A DNA stretch of 64,000 bases, taken from an uncultured Actinomycetota bacterium (GTDB lineage Bacteria > Actinomycetota > Actinomycetes > JAHEKZ01). Positions 50,556 to 60,556 of the stretch are shown here, in pieces. Both the position numbers and the translations under genes were made by a program. The notes under the pieces are model-generated. The model made no database searches, was not told the origin of the DNA, and saw only the letters and a list, made by a program, of their open reading frames with translations. The DNA lies in contig CAVQYR010000002.1 in NCBI GenBank assembly GCA_963718235.1, positions 842,244-906,243 on the forward strand, read 5' to 3'. Numbering within the stretch: position 1 is the stretch's first letter; every line of letters starts with the position of its first letter.

Positions 50556-51596
50556 CTATTTCCCGGGCAGCTCTACCGTCATCAGCACGCGGTCCGTCTC
50601 CTCGACGAGCTGCTTTTGCGTGAACCCGTAAAGGCCCGCCAGAAGGCTGGCTCCGCCCATGCCCACGCCCTCTTTGACATAGCCCTGGGCATAGATCTGC
50701 ACCCCCGGGATCTTGGATCTCTCCAGGCCCGGATCGGCATAGTAGTAGGGCCTGCCCACGGATTCCACTATCTCCCGGAAGCTGGCGGTCTTGTCGTCCA
50801 TGATATATTTCGTGGTGGCAATGGAGATATCGCCCTCCACTCCCAGGGCCTTGCCAAGAGCCAGCACGGCAGCCATCTGCGTTCCGCCCGCCAGGACGAC
50901 CTTGCAGCTTTTCAGGCCGCTCATCAGGCCGAGCGCGGCAGGCATCATGGGGTCGCCCAGCTCCTTGATCGCATTGAAGGGTTCATCCTTCGAGGCTGCC
51001 CAGGGAAACACCCGCTCTTGTCATTGCTTCTTTGACTACCTGCTCTTTCAGCTCACTGGGGTTGGAGGCAAAGCTGCTGCTCACATTTCCGCTGTAGCCC
51101 AGGGCCCGGAGGACTGCCAGGGCGGTCGTTGTGCCTCCGGCTATGGATTCGCCAATAAAGACGCAGTCAGAGAGCCTGGCGAGCTTCTTCCCAGGAGTTC
51201 GGCTCTTTCATACATTCCACGAGGACCGTCGACGGCACTCTGCTTTCGGATGTCGTTTCCGGCCTGGCCGCCCAGCTCGACGTAAGGAATGGCCGGCTTC
51301 TTGCGCAGGCCCGAGGCCACGAAGAGAGAGGGAATGCCGGTCAGGTTCAGGGCCGCCTTGGTGACGATGGCGGGGGTCGGCGAGCCGCCCGGAGCCTCGG
51401 GCAGCTCGGGCATGGTGATGATCTTGTTGGTCTCCACCAGTTCCGCGTCTGCGCCGGGAGTGTAGTCGGTCAGTTCAGGCGATGTTCCCGCGGCGGAAAG
51501 GCCCGGTATCTTGCCGGTATCCGAGTTGGAGATGATGCAGAGGAATAGAGGCCGCTGGGGACGCGGACCGAAATCGGGGTAGATCCAGTTTGGCAT
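50556..51596 (-). CDS. cobT: archaeal-type nicotinate-nucleotide:benzimidazole phosphoribosyltransferase (frameshifts ~51180 and ~51020)
   Basis: IPGLSAAG...YTP.ADAE, PTPAIVT, GESIAGGTTTAL, GDPM, LAGGTQMAAV, VKEGVGMGG. Confidence 0.88.
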
Positions 51597-51981
51597 GAGA
51601 TGTACTGCGTGAGGTTCCTGTATATTAAATCAACGCAACATTATTTAATTCAAGTGGGATTGTCTGGCGAGAAAGTGGCGTTGAGCGTGGGTGGGCTGGA
51701 GGGCTCCTGCGAAATGTGGGATCAAGGTTATGATCTTGCCGGATGGAGAGAGGATCGCAACTGAGATAACCTAGAGACAGCGCAAAATCATGGATGCCTC
51801 CAGGACTTGCTTGGGAGGGATAGATCTTACCGTTCATGACATGAAGGTGTCTTCCTGCGCCGTCCAAATGTTCTGTTATTGGCATCAAGAGCTAGGCAAG
51901 AACTGAAAATTTCGATCCAATTTACTGGTAATTGATCTAGGAAGTTTGCTCTATAAATCGCTACGCTGCGAACATATATTA

Positions 51982-52066
51982 TGCGGGGAAAGGGATTCGA
52001 ACCCTTGAACTCCTGCGAGAATAGATCTTGAGTCTATCACCGTTGGCCTGGCTTGGTTATCCCCGC
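51982..52066 (-). tRNA. tRNA-Leu(CAA)
   Basis: GCGGGGA acceptor stem, ATAGA-CT-CAA-GA-TCTAT anticodon arm, long variable arm, GGTTCGAATCC T-arm. No encoded CCA. Confidence 0.95.
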
Positions 52067-52592
52067 ATCTGCTATTGTTTCTATGTACCTGTACATGTGC
52101 GCACACCTAGCTGCTGCACAGTACCACTCTAGCAGAGATATATTTCATGCATAAAAAGATATCCTTTGATCTGTCCAGATCGTATGACAGGCTGAATTGA
52201 AGCCTGGCGTTATTCGTTATAATGGATGCTTGTGACGATTGGATTGAAATCAATGTGGAGCGACTCCGAGTAGTTAACGAGCTAAGCAACATCAACTATT
52301 GCCTATATCGCAAATCCGGCCATTGCCTCTTGCAGATGGCATTCAAACAAATCAAGCGAACCCATTTACAGATATAGAGGCAGAATATTGAACGAATCAT
52401 TACATTTAGTTCCGATCTGCCATCTTCTCAATGATGCCACATCAGCAAAGCAATTTATAAATTTATTTTTTTACTGAAATAAGATTGTACCTCAGGATCA
52501 TTGTTTACTGAAGGCAAAATAGGAACCAATCCTTGAACTCATCCTTACAGGAAAAAGTCAGCCCGCGCCCCTAGGCCCGCTCCCTCAGCCGC

Positions 52593-52748
52593 TCACGCAT
52601 CCACATGATTCACGCAGATCCAGTGATAGTACCCGTGAATCCCCGTGCCCGTGACCTCATCGAACTCCTCCAGCTCCTGGCCGCAGATCTCGCATACCTC
52701 GCCATCCGGAACCTCGATCTCGGCATCATTGCATAGTACAATTACCAT
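52593..52748 (-). CDS. 51-aa acidic zinc-finger microprotein (CxxC...HxxC)
   Basis: MVIVLCNDAEIEVPDGEVCEICGQELEEFDEVTGTGIHGYYHWICVNHVDA*. High-GC3 codons inside an AT-rich neighbourhood. Below the ORF-track cutoff. Confidence 0.68.
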   Translation of the reverse strand: MVIVLCNDAEIEVPDGEVCEICGQELEEFDEVTGTGIHGYYHWICVNHVDA

Positions 52749-52849
52749 ATTCAGGCTCTATATCTGTTCGCGAGAAGCCATGAACCTTTCGGCGTTTTTG
52801 AGCTTAATTATAGAAAATTTTTTAACTGTAGAGCGACCAAGTTGCTTTA

Positions 52850-53604
52850 ATGGATTTGATCTATGCTTCTTTGGCGCAGACTGCAGCAACTGCCATCACC
52901 AAGAGACTAGATTCTACAGGCAGAGTCACCGTGGGCGATATAGAGATTTACTACGAGGTCCGCGGCCAGGTAGAGCCATTGCTCCCTATTATGGGCCTGG
53001 GAGGCCACTCTCTTGATTGGGGATGTATCTTGCCTCAAAGATTGGCGGATGATCGCTATAAGGTGATTATGTTTGATAATCGCGGCGCCGGACGGAGCGA
53101 TCGGCGTCCTGGCCTCTGCACCATTACGCAGATGGCCGGAGATACCGTTGGCCTGATGGATACATTAGGAATTGACCATGCCCATTTATTCGGAGGAAGT
53201 ATGGCAGGTATGATTGCCCTGCAAATGGCATTGGATCACCCAAAGCGCATCGATAAGCTGGTGCTCGGGGCCACAACTGCCGGCGGGAGATCCAGGACCT
53301 TTCCGCTGCCAATCTTGCTTACCCGAGCACGCTTGCGTCCTACGAAGCCCAGCTTGAGGCCTTTATGGCTTTCGATGTGGATGGGCGCTTGGATACGATT
53401 CGTGCGCCTACAATGGTGATAATCGGGAATCAGGACGTACTGATTCCGCCGCCAAATAGCTTCCTGATAGCCAGGAGAATCCCGGGGGCACAAATACGGG
53501 AGATTGAGGGAGCTGGGCATATCTTCTGGATCAGCCATTGCGAGGAGACCGTATCGATAGTGACGGACCTCATTTCATGGAGGTGCTTTAAAATAGCTTT
53601 TTGA
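52850..53604 (+). pseudogene. alpha/beta hydrolase, frameshifted and apparently lacking most of the cap domain
   Basis: IYYEVRG, FDNRGAGRSD, GGSMAG (nucleophile), then a second frame with PTMVIIGNQDVLIPP...GAGH. Break at ~53300-53340. Confidence 0.7.
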
Positions 53605-53669
53605 CGGCCACGGTCTTGTGAATTCAGGTAATCGCTAAAGGCATCGGAGAGAAGAACATTATAGCTCAT
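53575..53669 (-). pseudogene. truncated RelE/ParE-like toxin
   Basis: MSYNVLLSDAFSDYLNSQDRGRQKAILKHL resembles a RelE N-terminus, overlaps the upstream gene, then runs into antisense hydrolase sequence. Confidence 0.45.
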
Positions 53670-53862
53670 CCTCTTCGAACCCCAGATCAATCATGAGCTT
53701 ACTTAAGGGTATAGCCTTTCCCTCTTTATATTGCCTGTCTGCAGATTCGAGCATCTTCATGACAACAGGATCCCGAAGAATATCCTCCGTCTCAGAATCG
53801 CCGACGCTCTTGCGCAATCCTGCCGAAGACTCGGCTGGCTTGATCGTCTTTCTTCTTCCCAT
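53659..53862 (-). CDS. putative type II antitoxin
   Basis: 67 aa with ETEDILRDP..MKMLESADRQYKEGKAIPL, a pattern typical of antitoxin C-termini. Overlaps the toxin start. Confidence 0.55.
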   Translation of the reverse strand: MGRRKTIKPAESSAGLRKSVGDSETEDILRDPVVMKMLESADRQYKEGKAIPLSKLMIDLGFEEDEL

Positions 53863-54108
53863 GCATTCTCCAGGAGAACACGTGATCCTCAATCTGCGAT
53901 CGATCTTCCTTTGAGTATCTATGGAGTAATAAGCCTCGTCTCAATTCGGACAACCAAATGCAGGGATGCTCTTGATTACTTCCACCAGCTCCCCTATTCT
54001 TGCGACAAATTCTGTTGTTCGTTCTCGCATTTTGCTTTTGCACAAGAGGCATTCACAGAATCGCATTTTCCGCAAGGTTTTCATACCCGGTTCCAGGAAT
54101 GATTATTT

Positions 54109-56924
54109 GTGAACGTTTTCGGTCAGCTTGATAGCCAGATCAGGGCAAGGCTGTTGGAGCAGTCCATCTTTGAGCCGACGCTGCCGCAGGAGCAGGCCAT
54201 ACCTGCGATTTTGGCCGGAGAAAATGTGCTCCTCATTGCGCCCACCGGCACCGGCAAGACTGAGGCTGCGAGCTTGCCTATCTTTCATAAGATTCTTGCC
54301 GGCGAGCGGAAGGGCATCCAGGCGGTATACATCACGCCCCTGCGCGCGCTGAACAGGGATATGCTGCGCCGATTTCATGATTGGGGAGAGAAGCTTCACA
54401 TCACCGTAGCTGTACGTCACGGCGACACCAGCCAGAGTGATCGGAGGAAGCAGTCGCTCAAGCCCCCGGATTTGCTGATCACGACGCCGGAGACGATGCA
54501 GATAATGCTGACCGGAAAGCGATTGCGCCAAAACCTCTCCACCGTCAAGATGGTGGTAGTCGATGAGGTGCATGAGATGGCCACATCCAAACGCGGCTCG
54601 CAGCTGGCCGTGCTCCTGGAGAGGCTGGCAGAGCTTGCGGGCGACTTTCAGCGTGTAGGTCTCTCTGCCACTGTCGGCTCTCCTCGAGGCCGTGGCCAAA
54701 TTGCTTGTCGGAACCAGTCGCACCTGCAAAATCGTCCAGACCGAGATGGAGAGGGCGAGCGACTTTCGGGTAGTCAGCCCTCAGGCTACCCGGCCAGACT
54801 ATGCCATGGCAAGCCAGCTTGAGTGCGATCCCCGCCTGGCAGCCCAGATTCGCTGGATCAGGGAGATGGTGCATACCAGAAAGTGCCTGATATTCGTCAA
54901 CACCCGGCAGGCGGCTGAGGTTCTGGGCTCACGATTCAGGCAGCTGGGCGAGCCCATCGGCGTCCATCACGGCAGCCTCTCTGTGGAAGCGCGGGTGGAA
55001 GCGGAGGAGGCCTTCAAGGCCGGAGCCCTGCGGGGGCTCATCTGCACCTCGTCCATGGAGCTTGGAATTGATATCGGAGATGTGGATCACGTCATCCAGT
55101 ACAGTTCGCCGCGCGAGGTTTCGAGGCTGCTGCAGCGGGTAGGCCGCGCCGGCCATAAGATCGGCCTCATCTCTTCCGGGACCATAATCGCCACCTGTGC
55201 CGACGACGTGGCCGAGGCCTGCGCTATCTCCCGCAGGGCGGCAGCCATGGAGTTGGAGTCGATCCAGATTCATGAGAAGCCCACCGATGTCCTGGCCAAC
55301 CAGATTGTGGGATTGGAGATGGATTTTGGGGATATCAGCCTGGAAAAGACCCACCAGATTGTCACCCGGGCCTACCCCTTCCGGGATCTGACACCTGAGG
55401 AACTGCAAGGAGTCGTCGACCAGATGGAAGAACACAGGCTGGTTCGACAGTACAACGGGATTTTGCAGAGAACTCGCAAGGCGCGAGAGTATTACATCGA
55501 GAACCTCTCCATGATCCCGGATGAGAAGAGGTTCAACGTCTACGATATCGTGGGCCGCCGGTCTGTGGGAACTCTGGACGAAGCCTTCGTGATCAGCTTC
55601 GCCCAGCCGGGAGCCACCTTCGTCACCAAGGGAGAGATCTGGGAGATCACGGAGATCGGGGAGAACGAGATCAAGGTCGTCCCCATTCACCGCAGCGGCG
55701 AGATTCCCAGCTGGACTGGAGAGGAGATTCCCGTTCCCTTTGATGTGGCGCAGGAGGTCGGCCGGATCCGGCGAGAGATCCGCGAGACCCTGGAGAAGGA
55801 CGAGGGCGGAAGTGGGAATGGGAGCACGCTTGCCATAGAAGAGCTGCGAGGAAAGTATCCGGTAGACCAGGAAGCGGCAGAGGAGCTGGTCGACCTCATA
55901 AAAAAGCAGATGGAAAAGAACCTGCCTGTTCCCGATGAATCACATATCGTTGTGGAGAGCGGTGGCGAGGGGGCCATCATCAACGCCTGCTTCGGCCACA
56001 AGACCAACGATACCCTGGGAAGGGTCATAACCTCCATCCTTTCCGCTCGCTTTGGGAGCAGCGTGGCCCTGCAGATAGATCCCTATCGAATCGAGCTGAC
56101 GCTGCCCAAAGTCCTGCTGGCGGAGGAGATAGAGAAGATGATCCTGGATCTGGACCCGACTTATGTGGAGCCCATCCTGGAGATGACCCTGAAGAATACC
56201 ACGCTCCTGCGCTGGAAGATGGTGCATGTGGCCCGCAAGTTCGGCGCCTTCTCCAGGGACGTGGACTACCAGAGGGTGAGCATGGCGAAATTGCTGGCGG
56301 TCTTCGAGGGCACGCCCATGTACCGGGAAGCGCTGCGGGAGATCTACCACGACCGCCTGGACATAGAGCTTGCAAAACGGGTGCTGGAGAGGATACGGGA
56401 TGGAACGATAGCCATCACGACCAGCGGGCTCTCGCCCATTGGAACCAGCGGCCGCGGTGGAGGCAGAGACGTCACCTCACCGGAGCATGCCGATGCCGCA
56501 GTAATCAACCTTCTTAAAAATAGGATCATGAACGACCGGGTGCTGCTTTTTTGCGTGAACTGCAAGAAGTGGAAGTCCATGCGCCAGGTCGAGCGCGTGC
56601 CCGAGCAGCCGGAGTGCCCCTTATGCGGGTCACGCATGGTGGCCGCACTCAAGCCCTGGGAGGAGGAGGAGATCAAGGTGGTCAAGAAGCCGGAGAAGAA
56701 GAAGACCGCCGAGGAGAAACGCAGGACAAAAAGGGTCTTTCGGAATGCCAATCTGGTCTTGAGCTACGGCAAAACTGCAGCAATAGCCCTGGCCAGCCGG
56801 GGACTGGGGCCGGAGACGGCAGCGAGGGTAGTGGGAAAACGGCAGAGGGATGAGCTGGAGTTTTACAGGGATATTCTGAAGGCGGAGAGGGAGTACTGCC
56901 AGGACGAAGAGGTTCTGGGGATGA
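54109..56924 (+). CDS. lhr: Lhr-like DEAD/DEAH-box ATP-dependent helicase (frameshifts ~54685 and ~56897)
   Basis: [49 protein letters not shown]; C-terminal CxxC...CxxC. Confidence 0.92.
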
Positions 56925-56979
56925 TCTTCGTCCTGACCGTGATAAGAATATTAATAGCTATCGAAGATACTATCCATTA

Positions 56980-57366
56980 CTATGCAGGCTGCAACGAAAT
57001 CAATTCTACCTTAATAAAATTATCTCCATTAATATCCTCCTGATTGCTTAAATAGCCGGTAATAGTCACGCTTGCACCAAGCTCAGGAGTGTATCCTCCC
57101 CATGATTGATTTTCAGATAAGAAATGACCCTGGACGGTGATGTAGTAGTAGGTGCTGTCTGCCAGCACAGCATAAACCATACCGGGCAAACAGGGCTTGG
57201 TCGTACATGGATTGCTGGCATAAGAATACAGCCCGGTAATAGTACGCAGGTCGTCCTCAGACTTGCTTAATGCCAGAAATATTGGGCAAGAAAAAGCTAA
57301 CCAACACAAGTAGGCCAGAGAGGCCCCGTTGAGAGTTAATGGATCAAATAGCATAATGGAGTCCAT
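56980..57366 (-). CDS. hypothetical small, possibly exported protein
   Basis: Hydrophobic N-terminal stretch, then NPCTTKPCLPGMVYAV and a beta-rich sequence. AT-rich. Start uncertain. Confidence 0.45.
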   Translation of the reverse strand: MDSIMLFDPLTLNGASLAYLCWLAFSCPIFLALSKSEDDLRTITGLYSYASNPCTTKPCLPGMVYAVLADSTYYYITVQGHFLSENQSWGGYTPELGASVTITGYLSNQEDINGDNFIKVELISLQPA

Positions 57367-57796
57367 TCTATCACATCACATACTTCATAGATTTGTCAGA
57401 TTGCAACAGATCAGCTTTCGGTTGTTCCTGTCTGCATTGGTTCCAATTAATGAGGAGGGTGCATTGCGAAAAGATGCCGTGCTGCATATTCATCCGGCAC
57501 GAGCAGATCGGCTGGACAATCGAATTGGAAAAGCCCACTGTTTGAGAAGGGCAAGGCCAGACACAGCCCATCCGCATAATCCGGCCCGCTTTGGACGGCT
57601 CGCAGGAACTGCTGCCGCTGCTCCCGGCTCATGCCCCCGAGCACGAACGCTTGCCAGGCGATCCAGCCCGCCAGAACGACATCGCCGCAAGACCGAACGG
57701 CCGACACACGAGCCGCCACGAGCGCAGCTCTAGGCATGGTCAGCCAGCTTGATGACACTTGATTGTTCAATCTCTGATTTATATCTCCTATTTCAG

Positions 57797-58596
57797 TCAC
57801 TCATCTCTCATTCCCGCCATGGCACTTGCCAGCATCACCGGCCCATCAAAACCCGTGCGGGCCCGGCTGGAGTCTATGAAGATTTCGTCCATCAGACACA
57901 GGTGCGCCATAGGACTTGGCCCCGCACAAGAGTAACATCGTCCGGAAGATCAGGTTCCCAGAGATGCCATCCGGAGCTATGACGATGTCGTCTCCCCGGC
58001 AGCTCTCGATGAGTATCCCTTTGTGGCGGGCCTGCAGGCCGGCCTCTTGTGCCCGAGCGGCGATCAGCTCTCCCTCAGCAAGGCTGCGGTCTACACGCTC
58101 GCACCTGCCCAGGTCCTCCATCCTGCCGCCCGAGAGTACAGCCGCCGTTGGCGCTACGCCCATGCTCTGCAAGAGCTTCGCTCCCCCCAGCACCAGACCC
58201 AGACGATCCTGAACCGTCTCCCCCTCGTCAATGCCTACCGGCCCCAGCAAGAAGGCCCAGCCGGATAGCTCCAGCAGGGCTAAACGCCTTACTGGAACTG
58301 TCGAACTGCCCGGCCAGGGCCCGCATGGTCCTTCCGGCTGGCAGGTTCCCGCGCACTGCGCCCTCGATCTCGCCCGCGGCCAGGAGTCGCACCAGCTCCT
58401 TCCAGGGCTCTTTCGTGGGCAAGCAGTCAAAGGAGCATTCGCAGCATGGCTCGCCTACCAGAAGAAGATCAGCGAACTTCGCGGCCGACTGCAGGGAAGC
58501 AATCAGATCTGCGTCTGCATTCCATATACCGATGCCGATGCGAGCTTTCTTGGCCCGGGCCTTATCCCGCAGAGATTTTACAAAGACGGAGTCCAT
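57797..58596 (-). CDS. mtxX: methanogenesis marker protein 4 / MtxX-like (frameshifts ~58295 and ~57895)
   Basis: GAVRGNL, FLLGPVGIDEG, AVLSGGR.ED.GR, IAPDGISGNLIFR, FIDSSRA. Confidence 0.85.
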
Positions 58597-58597
58597 C

Positions 58598-59560
58598 TCA
58601 ATGTATTCCAGTTACGCACTCTTTTGTCAGATCGAAGAGCACAACCTCTTCCGATCCCTGGCGGATGATGAGCCGCCGATCTTCAGACACCCGGCCAATG
58701 ACACTCGCCGTGAGACCGCGCCTCTGGAATACTTCCAAAACCTTTTCGGCATCCTCTGACTTCGCGGTGACGACAAATCCCATTCCAGGATACATCTTCA
58801 GCCAGCTTGTCAGGTCCAAGCCCATCGGAATGGGGATAGTCTCCACATCCACCACAGCACCCACCAGGCTCGTCTCCAGCAGCATGCCGAGCGTCCCCAG
58901 CAGTCCGGGATTGCTGATATCCTTGCCCGCCCTGACAAGGCCTCTCTCGCCAAGCTCCTGCATCGCGCCCAGCTGCATGAGAAGCGTTTTCCGGTCCTTG
59001 AAGCTGGTGGAATCGAAGTTTATGGTGAACTTGGGGTGGGCCTTGCCATCCATGTCTGCTGCCGCAATTATCAATTCACCAGGCTTTGCCGTGCTGCTCA
59101 AGATCACCGCATTCTTCTTCGCCTTGCCGAGAATGGCAACATCCAGAGCGCTGTAGGGAGTGTCCGGATGAAGATGTCCGCCGATAATGGGCACATTGAA
59201 CTTCTCAATACCCTTCTTCATACCCCGCAGAACCTTCTCTGCAATCTCAGGGTCGCCAACCGACAGGACATCCACCATGGCCACCGGCCAGCCGCCCATG
59301 GCCGCGATATCGTGCACATTCACCAGAACCGAACAGTAGCCCGACCATTCCGGATCAACCTCCATCAGTTTGGACCAGATACCGTCCGCGGCCAGGAGCA
59401 TGACCTCTTCGCCGTCGTCTATCACTGCGGCATCCTCTCCGAAAGATGCAATGATGCGCTCGGATTCTATGGGAAAGAATTGCATGAGATCACCAATCTG
59501 CTTTTTGCGAGTGATCCCCACAAATCCGCGCAGCTCAGCTGCCAGAGACTCCAGATTCAT
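58598..59560 (-). CDS. methanogenesis marker protein 2 (PurM/AIR-synthase-related)
   Basis: GITRK, FGEDAAVI, LAADGIW, LVNVHDIAAMGG, GGHLHPD, GKDISNPG. Confidence 0.9.
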   Translation of the reverse strand: MNLESLAAELRGFVGITRKKQIGDLMQFFPIESERIIASFGEDAAVIDDGEEVMLLAADGIWSKLMEVDPEWSGYCSVLVNVHDIAAMGGWPVAMVDVLSVGDPEIAEKVLRGMKKGIEKFNVPIIGGHLHPDTPYSALDVAILGKAKKNAVILSSTAKPGELIIAAADMDGKAHPKFTINFDSTSFKDRKTLLMQLGAMQELGERGLVRAGKDISNPGLLGTLGMLLETSLVGAVVDVETIPIPMGLDLTSWLKMYPGMGFVVTAKSEDAEKVLEVFQRRGLTASVIGRVSEDRRLIIRQGSEEVVLFDLTKECVTGIH

Positions 59561-60127
59561 CAGTGAATGATTGAGCTTTGATCAAAAATAGATGTCGCTA
59601 AAATGCGGCCGCAAAGTTCTTAACCAGGATACTCTGATAAGAAAATGCAACGCTTCAGGATAACGCGTTCTCCATAAGGAAAAGTTCCAGTGGAAGAATG
59701 TCGTAAGAAATTTTAGGATGTTTCTATAGATATCGAAATTTTGGAACATAATAAATAATTGTAGCGAATTCATCTAGCAAAACTCCATATTAACGACATG
59801 CTTTGTAGTATCTGCACATTCGAAGCAGACGGGTAGAATAATAAATTATATTATGAAGTTGGTCGGAAAAGACATCTTTCGTCTCTTTCCAGCAAAAAGC
59901 TTCTATCTGGTATGACCCCCAAAATGAGAGAAAAACCCTTAATCATTTCCAGCATGCTGATAGTTGAGCCCAGTCGCATTCCGGAAGGAATGTGATTCGG
60001 GAAATTGGAAATGAGTACTATGAGAGAGAAGCCTTTGAGGGACAAGCCTTTGAAAGGCAAAACCTTTGAGAGCAGAAAACATTTATGAATCTGTGCCGCG
60101 TTTGGGCTGAGATGGGGTTTTGAAAAA

Positions 60128-60556
60128 TTGCTGATCAGAGATTTCAGGCTAGGTCGCTGTCTGGTGGCCAGGCTCGACCACGGCAAAGACATCATCGGTC
60201 AGATAACCGATCTGGCAGTGGAGAAGGAGATCGAGACAGGCTTCGTGAATGCTATCGGTGCTCTAAGCAGGGCCGAGCTGGGCTACTATGATCAGGCTTC
60301 TCAAAAATACATTGAAATCCAGATCGACGAACCGGTGGAGCTGGCATCCTGTTCGGGAAATATATCCCTGCGGGACGGCCAGCCTTTTGTGCACGCTCAT
60401 GCCGTTCTGTCGGACCGGGAGGGAAGGGTATGGGGAGGCCACCTGACCTCCGGCCCGGTCTTTGCCGCAGAACTCTATATGCAGGAGCTTCTGGGCCTGC
60501 CTCTCAAAAGAGTGCCTGATTCGATAACCGGCTTGAATCTATGGAGTGAAGAGTGA
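60128..60556 (+). CDS. PPC/DUF296 domain protein
   Basis: [30 protein letters not shown]...GGHL. Confidence 0.9.
   Translation: MLIRDFRLGRCLVARLDHGKDIIGQITDLAVEKEIETGFVNAIGALSRAELGYYDQASQKYIEIQIDEPVELASCSGNISLRDGQPFVHAHAVLSDREGRVWGGHLTSGPVFAAELYMQELLGLPLKRVPDSITGLNLWSEE

Noticed and set aside
51597-51981. Cobalamin riboswitch or small gene upstream of cobT
   Set aside because: No B12-box consensus was recognised, and the 87-aa ORF lacks motif or codon support.
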